A stretch of DNA of 29,771 bases, taken from positions 1 through 29,771 of IMG/VR virus record IMGVR_UViG_3300044676_000858. One strand, written 5' to 3'. Of the stretch, positions 13,910 to 24,274 are shown one piece after another; within the stretch, counting starts at the first letter, position 1; each line of letters starts with the position of its first letter. The DNA is from a virus (Duplodnaviria; Caudoviricetes). The notes beneath the pieces are model-generated. The model did no database searches. It was not told the DNA's origin and saw only the letters and a program-made list of their open reading frames with translations. The position numbers and the translations under genes are program-made.

Positions 13910-15453
13910 TGAATGATCCAAAGAAATACCTAGAACGGTACGAGAAAGCCAAGGCGCATCGCCAGAACTTTGTTGATCTATTTGAAGAGTGTTACGAATA
14001 CGCGCTGCCTCAACGTGAATCCTTTTACTATGAAACCGCAGGTCAGCGTCGAGATGATAAGATATTTGACGAGACTGCCGTTGTTGGTGTTCAGGAGTTC
14101 GCATCTCGCCTACAGTCTGGTCTTGTTCCTAACTTTGCACGTTGGGCAGACCTAGCTGCTGGCTCAGAAATTCCACCACAAGAGCGTGACATTGTAGACA
14201 ATGATCTTGATGAAGTGACTGAGTATGTCTTTGAGATTTTGCAAAACTCAAACTTTGGTCAGGAAGTACACGAGTCATTCATGGACTTGGCTGTTGGTAC
14301 AGGCGTTCTCTGTGTCGAGGAAGGTGATGCCTTAAATCCTGTTGTCTTCTCAGCAATCCCGCTGCCACATGTGGTATTGGATACTGGCCCAGATGATAAG
14401 ATTGACCATGTGTTCCGTGAACGTAAAGGTATTCGTAACTCAGACCTAAAGTATATGTATCCCAAGGGAACATTCGATGCGCGTGTAGAGCAGCGCATTA
14501 CTCGTGATCCAGAAGGTAAATGCACATTGCTTGAGGTAGTTTGCAAAGACTACACAAAGAAAAACCAAGAAGCATATCTCTACTATGTAATTGATATGAA
14601 CACCAAGACTTACATTATGGATGAAAACTTTAACGGCGTGGGGTCTAACCCATACGTTTGTTTCCGTTGGTCTAAGTGTGCGGGTGAAGTCTATGGTCGT
14701 GGGCCGCTAATCAATGCGTTGTCTGCAATCAAAACAACCAACCTTACTATCCAACTAATCCTTGAGAATGCGCAGATGGCTATATCTGGCATCTATCAAA
14801 TGGACGATGATGGCATTATTAACCCTGATACCATTAACCTAGTGCCAGGGACTATTATTCCGAAGTCACCACAGTCTGTTGGATTGCAGCCAGTACAGGC
14901 GGCTGGTCGCTTTGATGTAGCTGATATTGTTCTAAGTGACATGCGTCTGAATATTAAACGTGCTTTATATAATGATATGCTTGGCAATCCAGACCGCACA
15001 CCTGCGTCTGCCACTGAAGTAGCTGAACGTATGGCAGACTTGTCTCGTCGTATTGGCTCTGCCTTTGGTCGTCTTCAAGCTGAGTTGGTGCAGCCAGTAT
15101 TGCAGCGCGTTATTCATATCTTGAAGAAGCAAGGACGCATTGAAATACCAACTGTAAATGGTCGTGAGGTGAAGATTCGCTCTGTATCTCCACTAGCGCA
15201 AGCGCAATCAAACCAAGATATTACATCTGTTTCTCGTTTCTTAGAGTTAGTAAATGGATACTTTGGCCCTGATATGACTAACATATTGATCGACTCAGAA
15301 GAGACAGCAGTATTCCTTGCTAAAAAGTTTGGTGTACCAGAGGGCTTGATTCGTGACGCAGAAGATCGTAGACAGATAGTTGCAATGATGCAGCAAATGC
15401 AGCAGATGCAACAACAGCAACAAGTCGCAGGACCACAGCTTGCCGCAGAATAG
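13909..15453 (+). CDS. portal (head-tail connector) protein, T7 gp8/BPP-1 type
   Basis: 514 aa; RW....GEVYGRGP, SATEV, GRLQAE, SPLAQAQ motifs. Confidence 0.92.
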   Translation: MNDPKKYLERYEKAKAHRQNFVDLFEECYEYALPQRESFYYETAGQRRDDKIFDETAVVGVQEFASRLQSGLVPNFARWADLAAGSEIPPQERDIVDNDLDEVTEYVFEILQNSNFGQEVHESFMDLAVGTGVLCVEEGDALNPVVFSAIPLPHVVLDTGPDDKIDHVFRERKGIRNSDLKYMYPKGTFDARVEQRITRDPEGKCTLLEVVCKDYTKKNQEAYLYYVIDMNTKTYIMDENFNGVGSNPYVCFRWSKCAGEVYGRGPLINALSAIKTTNLTIQLILENAQMAISGIYQMDDDGIINPDTINLVPGTIIPKSPQSVGLQPVQAAGRFDVADIVLSDMRLNIKRALYNDMLGNPDRTPASATEVAERMADLSRRIGSAFGRLQAELVQPVLQRVIHILKKQGRIEIPTVNGREVKIRSVSPLAQAQSNQDITSVSRFLELVNGYFGPDMTNILIDSEETAVFLAKKFGVPEGLIRDAEDRRQIVAMMQQMQQMQQQQQVAGPQLAAE

Positions 15454-15694
15454 TCATATTGGATTAGATGGAATACATCGAACCAAAGCAGATGAAGACA
15501 AGATTAGCCTGAACATAGCTTCTTTATTCTCAGAACCTACTGGTCAGGAAGTCTTAAAATACTTGCGTAGTATTACAATTGAAATGGTTGGTGGCCCTGA
15601 GATTACTGACGCAGCACTGCGTCACCTTGAGGGTCAGCGTCACATTGTTGGCCTGATAGAACGACATGTTCAGAGAGGGCATAAAATCAAATGA
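15440..15694 (+). CDS. Bbp19-like small protein
   Basis: F....GQEVLKYL...EGQR.IV..I motif between portal and scaffold. Confidence 0.75.
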   Translation: MPQNSHIGLDGIHRTKADEDKISLNIASLFSEPTGQEVLKYLRSITIEMVGGPEITDAALRHLEGQRHIVGLIERHVQRGHKIK

Positions 15695-16434
15695 ATGAGC
15701 AAGTAACAGAAACGCCAGCACAAGAAGAAGGCTTACCGCCAGCGGAAGAACGCGACTTTGTGGTAGCCGAGGACGTTCAACCAGAACGTCCCGAATGGCT
15801 ACCTGAGAAATACAAATCAGGCGAAGACTTAGCCAAGGCATACAAGGAATTGGAGTCTAAGCTTGGCACACGCGAAGAAGAGTTCCGTGACAAGTTCATT
15901 GAAGAACTAAATGCAGAAGCATACAAAGATCGACCTGAGTCAGCGGGTGATTATCAACTGCCAGACTTTGTTGACGAAGGCGAAGCCGTAGATAGCGATC
16001 TTGTTAAATGGTGGGCAGAGCTTGCATACGAGAATGGCTTTAGCCAAGACGAGTTCTCTAAAGGCATTGAGATGGTAATTAGCTCAATGAATGCTGATGT
16101 GCCAGACATGGAAGCAGAGATAGGTAAGCTTGGTGACAATGCAAATGCGCGAATAGAAGCGGCTGCATTATTCTCAAACAAGTTCTTTCCAGAGGAACAC
16201 ATAGCTTCTATTGAACGCTTGACAGAAACAGCCGATGGCTTAATGGCACTTGAGTTCATTATGGATCAAGTCAAAGGTGCATCAGTAAATGGCGAATCAA
16301 CACCTGTTGACCAGATTACAGAAGAAAGCTTGCGAAGCATGATGCAAGATGAACGCTACTGGAATCCAGCGCGTAGAGACATGGATTATGTAAAGCAGGT
16401 TGATGATGGTTGGCAAAAGTTTACAAGAAGCTAA
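15691..16434 (+). CDS. capsid scaffolding protein
   Basis: Acidic; RPEWLPEK, DLAKAYKELESKLG, D.RYW motifs; position. Confidence 0.85.
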   Translation: MNEQVTETPAQEEGLPPAEERDFVVAEDVQPERPEWLPEKYKSGEDLAKAYKELESKLGTREEEFRDKFIEELNAEAYKDRPESAGDYQLPDFVDEGEAVDSDLVKWWAELAYENGFSQDEFSKGIEMVISSMNADVPDMEAEIGKLGDNANARIEAAALFSNKFFPEEHIASIERLTETADGLMALEFIMDQVKGASVNGESTPVDQITEESLRSMMQDERYWNPARRDMDYVKQVDDGWQKFTRS

Positions 16435-16933
16435 AGTAATCAAAAGGGGGTTGGCTTATCTGACCCCCATGCAACATTACCACATAGAAGAGTTCTATGA
16501 GTGTGTGCATCCTTATAATGCAAAGGAAATGATTGAGCTTGGATACGAAAGTCCACATCATTGCCTTACAGAAATGTACAAAAATTCAGAGGCTTACGTC
16601 TGTCGCAATCAAGATGGCGATATAACATTTGTTGGTGGCCTTTGGTTTGGTGGTGAGTCACCACAGATGTTCTGTATGTTTGCCGACAACCTAGCAAAGA
16701 ACGTAGTTCTAACTGCTAAAATGTCTAAAGCAATGCTTAGAATGTTTGATGAAGTGCATCCAGTAATGACAATGACGGTCTTCTCTAGCTTTGAGCATAT
16801 GTTAAATTGGGCTGTATGGCTTGGCTTTGAACCCTGTGGCATAACAGAAGATGATCGCTATGTTGAATTTGTGCGTTGCATTTTAATAGAAAATAGTGTT
16901 ACGGATAGGTCATTGCGGCCCGTAGTGCATTGA
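16400..16933 (+). CDS. acetyltransferase-fold protein, T7 gp13-like (start uncertain)
   Basis: V....HMLNWAVWLGFE motif; ~155-177 aa. Confidence 0.6.
   Translation: MMMVGKSLQEAKVIKRGLAYLTPMQHYHIEEFYECVHPYNAKEMIELGYESPHHCLTEMYKNSEAYVCRNQDGDITFVGGLWFGGESPQMFCMFADNLAKNVVLTAKMSKAMLRMFDEVHPVMTMTVFSSFEHMLNWAVWLGFEPCGITEDDRYVEFVRCILIENSVTDRSLRPVVH
16868..16905 (+). promoter_or_regulatory. putative late promoter 3 (capsid)
   Basis: TTTGTGCGTTG (16868-16878); TTGCAT -35, AT-rich spacer, TGTTACGGA. Confidence 0.6.
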
Positions 16934-16988
16934 TCGGCCCTTAACAGGATACCCGAATTGAGATGAGAGCGCGGATACCCGTGGCAAT
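16912..16988 (+). ncRNA. structured 5' leader of capsid gene (cis-regulatory candidate)
   Basis: CGGCCC x2 (16916, 16935) and GGATACCCG x2 (16947, 16973) arranged as nested stems. Confidence 0.55.
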
Positions 16989-17015
16989 CAGGAAACTCAA
17001 ACAAGGACTGTTAAA

Positions 17016-17825
17016 ATGGCTAATACAATTGACCAAGCCTTCATCAAGCAGTTTGAGACTGAGGTTCACATGGCGTACCAGCGTATGGGTTCCAAGCTAC
17101 GGAACACCATTCGTTCGACGAATGTGACAGGCTCAACAGCTCGATTCCAGAAGATCGGCACAGGTGCCGCTTCTACTAAAACACGCAACGGTGATGTGAC
17201 CACAATGGAACTAGCGCACACCAATGTTGAAGCAACAATGTCTGACTACTATGCAGCAGAATACATCGACAAACTTGACGAATTGAAAATCAACATCAAT
17301 GAACGTCAAGCTGTCGCTCAGTCTGCGGCTGCGGCTCTAGGTCGCCAAACAGACGCATTGATTGTTGCTGCAATGGACGCAGGTGCAAACGCTACTGCAA
17401 TCGCTGATACATCTGGCGCATTGGGTAAAGCAGACTTGCTAACATTGTTTGAAACATTTGGTACTGCTGACATTCCAGAAGATGGGCAGCGTTACCTAGC
17501 AATGTCACCTGCTGGCTTTGCTGACTTGTTCAACATCAACGAGTTTGCATCATCAGACTTTGTTGGCCCGCAAAACCTACCGTTTGCTGGCGGCATGACA
17601 ATGAAAGAGTTCTTGGGCTTCAAGATTTTCTCAACGTCTGCTGTAGCTGGTGGTAAGAACTTTGCGTACCACACAACTGCGGTTGGTATCGGCATTAACT
17701 CTGACGTACAGACAGAAGTTAACTATGTACCACAGAAAGTTGCACACCTAGCAACATCAATGATGTCAATGGGTTCAGTCGCTATCGACGATAACGGCAT
17801 CTATGAAGTTCTAGACAACAACTAA
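17016..17825 (+). CDS. major capsid protein
   Basis: 269 aa; I..AFI.QF...VH..YQ..GSKLR, ALGR..D, IPEDG.RY motifs; AAGGA RBS; followed by hairpin terminator. Confidence 0.9.
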   Translation: MANTIDQAFIKQFETEVHMAYQRMGSKLRNTIRSTNVTGSTARFQKIGTGAASTKTRNGDVTTMELAHTNVEATMSDYYAAEYIDKLDELKININERQAVAQSAAAALGRQTDALIVAAMDAGANATAIADTSGALGKADLLTLFETFGTADIPEDGQRYLAMSPAGFADLFNINEFASSDFVGPQNLPFAGGMTMKEFLGFKIFSTSAVAGGKNFAYHTTAVGIGINSDVQTEVNYVPQKVAHLATSMMSMGSVAIDDNGIYEVLDNN

Positions 17826-17828
17826 TAT

Positions 17829-17852
17829 GGTGGGGGCTTCGGCCCCCATTCA
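17829..17852 (+). terminator. leaky terminator after capsid gene
   Basis: TGGGGGC-TTCG-GCCCCCA with short T tail. Confidence 0.7.
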
Positions 17853-17866
17853 TCTAAGAGGTTGAT

Positions 17867-18454
17867 ATGGCAAGTACGGCAGCAAACAGTGGCATTGATA
17901 TTTGTAGTAGGGCTTTGATCCTGATTGGCGCAGAGCCAATTACTTCGTTTGAGGATGATACTACAGAAGGCCTAGTTTCGAGCAACATGTATGAAGACAT
18001 TGCTCGTTCCAACTTAACATCTACACGCTGGCGTTTTTCAACAAACCAAGCTATCCTCAACAGATTAAGCGATGCACCAACTGGTCGGTTTGATGCAGCT
18101 TATCAACTGCCATCTGGATATTTGTTTGTTCACGCAGTGACAGTAAACGACTTTCAGATTGAATATGACATTTACGGCGACAAGATTTATTGTGACGCTG
18201 GCCCACAAGACCAACTAATTATTGACTACACCTACCGCGCAGAAGAGCAAGACTGGCCTTCTTACTTCTCAGTATGTGTAGAATATGCAATGGCAACTGT
18301 GTTCTCGACAGCTATTGCTCGTGACCAAGGTTTAGCAAACTTAATGAATCAACAGTACAATATCGCTTTGGCAAAAGCACGATCTATTGATTCACAACAG
18401 CAAAGCACACGGAAGCTTATTACTTCTCGATTTATTACTAATAGGAGAAGCTAA
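17867..18454 (+). CDS. tail tubular protein A (adaptor, gp11-like)
   Basis: DICSRAL..IG..PI.SF, W.F, YQLP motifs; position. Confidence 0.85.
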   Translation: MASTAANSGIDICSRALILIGAEPITSFEDDTTEGLVSSNMYEDIARSNLTSTRWRFSTNQAILNRLSDAPTGRFDAAYQLPSGYLFVHAVTVNDFQIEYDIYGDKIYCDAGPQDQLIIDYTYRAEEQDWPSYFSVCVEYAMATVFSTAIARDQGLANLMNQQYNIALAKARSIDSQQQSTRKLITSRFITNRRS

Positions 18455-20691
18455 TGCAGAAAGCCAGAATCCCACTGACAAACTTTCAGTATGGTGAGAT
18501 TAGTCCGTCCCTGTCATCAAGGACGGATTCAGCTATTTACAATTCCTCTGCGCAAAGCGTTAAGAACTTCTTTCTTATGTCAGAAGGCGGCGTTCAGAAA
18601 CGTGGTGGATTTAAGATTCTGCACGACTTTACTAGCGTGACAGAAGATACAAGCATTACGCAGCAAGTAAGAATTATTCCATTCAACTTCTCAGACGATG
18701 AGCAGTATGTCACTGCGCTAAGTGATGGTAAAGCAGAGTTCTTTTTCATTCACCCTGAGACTGGTGTTGTAAGCAGTGTTGCTAGTGTAACGACAGATAT
18801 TAATGGAGCGACCGTTCCTTGGACTGAGGAATACTTGCATGAAGTTACCTATGCACAAGGTGGTGACATTCTTTTCCTGTGCCATCCTACGTTTCAGTGC
18901 CAACAGATTGTGCGTACAGGTCTAAGTAGTTTTGAAGTTCAGCCGTTTGAGTTTCAGATTCGAGCGGGTGGGGCAAAGACATATCAGCCCTACTATCAGT
19001 TCCAAGCAAGCGGTGTTACCCTTGATCCGTCTGGCACAACAGGCAGCATTACTCTGACAACAAGTGCTGCTTACTTTGACACAACAGGCAAGCATAATGG
19101 CGTTAAGCTTTACTATCATGGCTCAGAGATAACCATTAATTCAGTTACTAATAGCACAACTGCAAGTGCAACGGTGACTGATGAATTGTTTGCTTCACTT
19201 GATCCTGATGCCATTCGTACTGTTGATGGTTCTTCTGACATTAAGATTACGCAAATCAATCACGGTATGGCTGTTGGTGACAGCATTACGATTAGGAATG
19301 CCACTACAGTGGGTGGCATTAACGCTAGTCAGATTAACGGTTCTCGCTTAATTACTGCTATTGTTGACGAAAATATCTTTGAGGTTACTGCGGGTGCAGC
19401 CGCAAACACAACAGAAGATGGCGGTGGAAACATTGAGATTGTTACTCACGCAGCAACCGAGCAATGGTATGAGCAGTCATACTCTGAGCTAAGAGGTTTC
19501 CCTGCTGCCGTTGGATTCCATGAAAACAGATTGTGGTTTGGTGGAACCACTTCTCAGCCTGATACAGTATGGGCAAGTAAGTCTGGTCTATATTATAACT
19601 TTGATATTGGCACAGCCCAAGACAATGACAGCATTGAGCTTGTTATGAGTATTGGTGAGGTAGCAACGATTCGTCACTTTGTATCTAACCGTGACATTCA
19701 CATCTTTACCGCTGGTTCTGAGTTCTACATTCCAACATTCCAGAACCAAGCTATTACGCCAACGAATGCTGTGGTTAAGCGGCAAACGTCCTTTGGCAGT
19801 AGCTTTGCCAGACCCCAACCGTTCTATGGTGCCACGCTGTTTACTCAATTTGGTGGCAGTACGGTTCGTCAGTTTATCTATAGCGACTCAGAAGATGCGT
19901 ACAAAGCTGACCCTATCTCATTGCTATCCTCTCATTTGATTAACAACCCCATTCAGTCTGCGGTTACTATCAGTGAAGTGGGTGCATCTGATGCTGCTGT
20001 ATTCTTTTTAAATCAGGATGGTTCGCTTGTTACTTACAACCTGAATCGTGTTGAGAACATTGCAGGTTGGACTAAGTTTGAAACGGCAGGTGAGTTTCAC
20101 TCTATTACTTCTGTTGCCGACCATCTCTTTGCAATATTAAAAGTAGATATGGGCAGTGGCACTAATAGCTATGTGCTTTGTCAGTTGGATGAGGATAGCA
20201 ATGTAGACTGCTCAGATACATATACTGGTACTGCTGGCGTGTTTGATGTTTCAAACTTCTTTGAAGATGGTGCTGTGCTAGATGTTATTAATGGCTCTGA
20301 CTATCTTGGCACCTTTACCGTTGCCAGTGGCAACTTAGATGTATCCGCAGTTGACGCTGCGTTAACTTCTTGTGAGGCTGGCTTTGCTTTTGATGTTGAG
20401 TTGAAGACAAACCCAATTGATCTAAACACTGCAATTGGCCCTGAGACTGGCAGGGAAAGAACGCTTGGCAGCGTGATTGTTAATTTAACTGACACCCTCT
20501 CAGCCTCAGTGAATGGCACTAAGCTAATCATTCGCAGAACCAATAGCGATTTTAGCCAACAGAGAACGCCGTTCAACGGAAACAAAGAGTTTAGATTGCT
20601 TGGCTATAGCCGCGATCCACAAGTCACCCTTACACAAACCGCACCGTTAAGCTTGCAAGTAAACGGTATAGTAGCGGAGGTATCGTTCTAA
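18454..20691 (+). CDS. tail tubular protein B (nozzle, gp12-like)
   Basis: NF..GEISP, GG..KR.G, GFP....FHENRLWFGG, W.S..G.Y.NF, W..F.T.G motifs. Confidence 0.9.
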   Translation: MQKARIPLTNFQYGEISPSLSSRTDSAIYNSSAQSVKNFFLMSEGGVQKRGGFKILHDFTSVTEDTSITQQVRIIPFNFSDDEQYVTALSDGKAEFFFIHPETGVVSSVASVTTDINGATVPWTEEYLHEVTYAQGGDILFLCHPTFQCQQIVRTGLSSFEVQPFEFQIRAGGAKTYQPYYQFQASGVTLDPSGTTGSITLTTSAAYFDTTGKHNGVKLYYHGSEITINSVTNSTTASATVTDELFASLDPDAIRTVDGSSDIKITQINHGMAVGDSITIRNATTVGGINASQINGSRLITAIVDENIFEVTAGAAANTTEDGGGNIEIVTHAATEQWYEQSYSELRGFPAAVGFHENRLWFGGTTSQPDTVWASKSGLYYNFDIGTAQDNDSIELVMSIGEVATIRHFVSNRDIHIFTAGSEFYIPTFQNQAITPTNAVVKRQTSFGSSFARPQPFYGATLFTQFGGSTVRQFIYSDSEDAYKADPISLLSSHLINNPIQSAVTISEVGASDAAVFFLNQDGSLVTYNLNRVENIAGWTKFETAGEFHSITSVADHLFAILKVDMGSGTNSYVLCQLDEDSNVDCSDTYTGTAGVFDVSNFFEDGAVLDVINGSDYLGTFTVASGNLDVSAVDAALTSCEAGFAFDVELKTNPIDLNTAIGPETGRERTLGSVIVNLTDTLSASVNGTKLIIRRTNSDFSQQRTPFNGNKEFRLLGYSRDPQVTLTQTAPLSLQVNGIVAEVSF

Positions 20692-21197
20692 TGCCTATTG
20701 GCCCACTTGAAATAGCAACATTTGGATTAAGTCTTTTTGGCGCAAAGAAGAGTTACGACTACCAAAAAGCTGCTGCTGAAAAAGCTGAAAAGGTTGGCAA
20801 ACTAGAAGGTCGTCAATTTGTTAACGAGTTGTTCTTAGCTAAAGCTCAGGCTATTGGCGCAGCCAACAGGCGACGAGAAGAGCTTACTCAATCTGAGTCT
20901 GCTAACTTAGCAATGTTTGGAAAGATGGAGCGTGATGATAGATCAGTCGATGCGTTCTTAAAACGTAACCAAGACATTGCGGCTGCTGACATTGCGGAGA
21001 TTGATCGCAAATCTGAAATACTTTCGGCTAAGTATGCTACACAAGCTGCCGTTGCTTATACCTATGGGCAAAATACAGCGGCAGGTATGAGAACTCAAGC
21101 AACAGCAAACCTGTTTACAAACCTAGCTGATATTGCTCAGAACCTTGGGCCTTCCTTAGTTAAGGCAAAGACAAGCAGTGATGGAGTAGATGTATAA
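20691..21197 (+). CDS. internal virion/ejection protein (gp14-like)
   Basis: 168 aa, Ala-rich helical, hydrophobic N-terminus; position. Confidence 0.65.
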   Translation: MPIGPLEIATFGLSLFGAKKSYDYQKAAAEKAEKVGKLEGRQFVNELFLAKAQAIGAANRRREELTQSESANLAMFGKMERDDRSVDAFLKRNQDIAAADIAEIDRKSEILSAKYATQAAVAYTYGQNTAAGMRTQATANLFTNLADIAQNLGPSLVKAKTSSDGVDV

Positions 21198-24100
21198 TGC
21201 CAGTAATTAGAGAAAAGCGGCGAGTAGAAAGCGCGGGGCCAGTGGGTGTTGTGCGTATGAACCTTGGAGAAGCTGAAAAGTATTCTCGAATTGCTGATGC
21301 AACACAAAAGCTAACAAGTTTAGCAATTAAAGAAATGGGAAAAGAGTCAGAACGCCAAGGCGAAAAGATGGCTCAAGCTGTAGTTTCCTCAAAAATTACA
21401 TCTATTAATCCAAAGACTGGAAAGCCAGAAGCTTTAGACTGGGTTGGTGAATCTAGATTTATGGGGCGCGTTGGCGCAGAGGCCTACACTCGTGTAATCA
21501 ATGACAGATTCCAGCAAGAGATTGAGAACGAAATAAAAGAAAAGGCTGGTGAGCTTGCTCTAAAGTTTGAGAACGATCCATACTCTCCTGAGAAGTATGA
21601 ACAGCAGATGAATAACTATCTGCAAGAAATGGCATCTGCCTCAGAGGAGAATGGACAGCCTACTCTTTATACTAACTTCATTATGTCTCAGGGTGCGCAG
21701 TATGTGACAGCGACAAAGCTGAACATGATGCAAGAGCGCAACCGTCGAGAGCGTGAGAAGCTAGGCATTTCTATTGGTCTTAAGAATACAGAAAATGTAG
21801 AAGCCGCTTACTTAATGGGGCAGTCTGGTCAGGTTGATAAGTTTGCTCCGTTTCTTGAAGGATCAGTAAATCGAAACAAAGATGGCGAGAACGCCAACAT
21901 TACTAAGCGTGGCACACACTCAGTGCATGAGAATGCCATGCAGACTGCGTTTGTCCAAGGCAGACTTGATGTAATCTTTGAAGGTAAGTCTCGAACAACA
22001 CGACTAAAGATTATAGATGCCATTCGCCGCAAGACAACTGATGGCCTATCATCGGAAGTAAAGGCTGCGATTGATGAATTGTTGCCATATGTAACTGCTC
22101 AGAACAAAGGCACCTTAACAAGCTATGGTTCAAACATTAATGGCACACTGACTTCTATTGAATTGATAGCAGAAGCCAATGAAAAAGAGCGATTAGCGAA
22201 TAACAAGAAGTTTTTGCTTAATACATTCCTAAGCGATGCTGATGGATTGGAAAGTACATCCTACAATTCAATCTTGGATGCTTACAATAACGCAAGTGAC
22301 TTAGACCCAACCAAACGTGACATTGCTTTGCAAACTGCAATAAATGCAGCAATAGATGATGCCTCTCAACTTTTAAACGAAACAAAAATTGCTGGGACTG
22401 ATCTTACGCCTGATGCTAGACGCGCAATCAATGAAGACATTCGCCGATCAGTTTTGACTCCGTTAATGATTGCTGCTGCAAGCGATGGCAATGTGAATGA
22501 TCTTGCTTTGTATGTTACGACAAAGAACCCAAGAGCAGCTGAAAATCTTACTGAATTTCAATTGTCTGTTGCCAATGGTTTACGCAACGGCAAGATACCA
22601 TTTGATGCTGATGATGTAACATACATTCGTCAATTGCTTGGTGATTCAGAAGATACAGTAAAAACAGCAATAGATAATTACAAAGATAAGTCTAATTTTG
22701 ACAATGGCATAACAGACTTAATAAATGACATTATGACTGGCGAAGATGATGCTGGTGAGTGGCAATCTTCTTTTGATAGTATAGACGAAAGTATACTGCA
22801 CTCGGCAGCGGAAAAAGATTCTCTTAAACTGCGAATGCAAACAGCAAGAACCATTCAAGGTATAAATTCCTTAAGCAATCTTTCATCTCAAGACTTAAAT
22901 AATATTTCAACATACATACAAACTGGCGGTCAGGATAATAGGGGTTTAAGTTCTACTGAAAAAGAAACCATTGATAGCGTTCTTCCTTTTATAAATGATT
23001 TAAACAGAACGCGTGTTGTTCAAGAGTTGAGTCGTAGAGAAGCTGATGAAAGAAGTCGAGAAATACAAGAAGCAGAAGAAAGACGTATAGCAGCCGAGCA
23101 GTACAAGCTTGCAGAAGAAGCTCGATATGGCGGCGTTACAAAAACAAAGAAGCATAGAGAAGCAATTGACAAACAGCTTGCAGCAAAAGAAATAGATATT
23201 CTTTCACCAAGCTCTGAGACTGATGAGTTTTATCAAATGATGTCAGTCACTATGTCTGAGAATTTGTATCAAGCATTGAAGACATTGGGTTCAGATGAGG
23301 GCTCATTTACACAAGAAGAAGCAAATGTCTTGATGAATCACTACGCAAGGCTGCGCAATAGGCTTACGGCTGATGGTGTTGTTGATGGGTTGTATGGCTT
23401 AGAGCTAAACAAAGGTCTTCTTGATGATGCTCTATCAATTAGAAACTTAGCAACTGGTACTACAATTCCTATCTCTGGGATTATTCGTGATCTTAAAAAG
23501 AGAGCGGCAGAGGGAGACTTAGAAGTTCTTTCTGAATTCAAAGTAAAAGGATCGGGTAGAAACGTAGTCCATGACTATTTAAGCACCAAGTACAACAATG
23601 ATAAAATGATTATCAAAGAGTTGTCACCTATTGTTGAGTATTATGCCAAAACTGGTCGCACAATAAATGACATTAATAGCCTTACAGATGACATTGTTGA
23701 GACTTTGTACTTCGACTCAAAGTACATTGTTGATCCCTCGATGCCACTTGGTTCGTTTTCTAAATCCAGATTTGCTCTAGCTTATGTGTTCCCGCAAGAA
23801 GAAGAAAGAACTGAATTTATTAAATTGGTAAATCAGAATCTTCCAGAAGGTTACACATTAGCAAGCACAACCTCAGAAAAAACAGAGCAAGCTGAAGGTG
23901 TAGAGCGACTGGTTAGAGAGGCGGTTGATCCTACCGTTGAAGGCAGAGAAGTTTACTTAATGCCATATGGTGTAACAAATGCACCGCAATATTATGCATA
24001 TTACAAAGAGCCGCAAACAGGTGAGCTTAGACCTTTAATCTATGAGCGAACTGTATATGACCCTCGCACCATGAATCAAAGAGTTGAGCTTACATGGCCT

Positions 24101-24274
24101 ATGTTTGACATGGACTTAACAGCAGATTTTCGTAGGCAGTCTGAAGCAGACAGAATTGCAAAAGAACAAAATGCAGTTGAAAATCGACAGGCGCAGTTCG
24201 GCCCACTTAATGAGCCAGCTAAAGAATCTGCATACGGTCGTGCATTATCTCGTGGTATTTTAGGTGGATTGTAA
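21197..24274 (+). CDS. large internal virion/ejection protein (gp15-like position)
   Basis: 1025 aa, helical; TAATG coupling on both sides. Confidence 0.65.
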   Translation: MPVIREKRRVESAGPVGVVRMNLGEAEKYSRIADATQKLTSLAIKEMGKESERQGEKMAQAVVSSKITSINPKTGKPEALDWVGESRFMGRVGAEAYTRVINDRFQQEIENEIKEKAGELALKFENDPYSPEKYEQQMNNYLQEMASASEENGQPTLYTNFIMSQGAQYVTATKLNMMQERNRREREKLGISIGLKNTENVEAAYLMGQSGQVDKFAPFLEGSVNRNKDGENANITKRGTHSVHENAMQTAFVQGRLDVIFEGKSRTTRLKIIDAIRRKTTDGLSSEVKAAIDELLPYVTAQNKGTLTSYGSNINGTLTSIELIAEANEKERLANNKKFLLNTFLSDADGLESTSYNSILDAYNNASDLDPTKRDIALQTAINAAIDDASQLLNETKIAGTDLTPDARRAINEDIRRSVLTPLMIAAASDGNVNDLALYVTTKNPRAAENLTEFQLSVANGLRNGKIPFDADDVTYIRQLLGDSEDTVKTAIDNYKDKSNFDNGITDLINDIMTGEDDAGEWQSSFDSIDESILHSAAEKDSLKLRMQTARTIQGINSLSNLSSQDLNNISTYIQTGGQDNRGLSSTEKETIDSVLPFINDLNRTRVVQELSRREADERSREIQEAEERRIAAEQYKLAEEARYGGVTKTKKHREAIDKQLAAKEIDILSPSSETDEFYQMMSVTMSENLYQALKTLGSDEGSFTQEEANVLMNHYARLRNRLTADGVVDGLYGLELNKGLLDDALSIRNLATGTTIPISGIIRDLKKRAAEGDLEVLSEFKVKGSGRNVVHDYLSTKYNNDKMIIKELSPIVEYYAKTGRTINDINSLTDDIVETLYFDSKYIVDPSMPLGSFSKSRFALAYVFPQEEERTEFIKLVNQNLPEGYTLASTTSEKTEQAEGVERLVREAVDPTVEGREVYLMPYGVTNAPQYYAYYKEPQTGELRPLIYERTVYDPRTMNQRVELTWPMFDMDLTADFRRQSEADRIAKEQNAVENRQAQFGPLNEPAKESAYGRALSRGILGGL

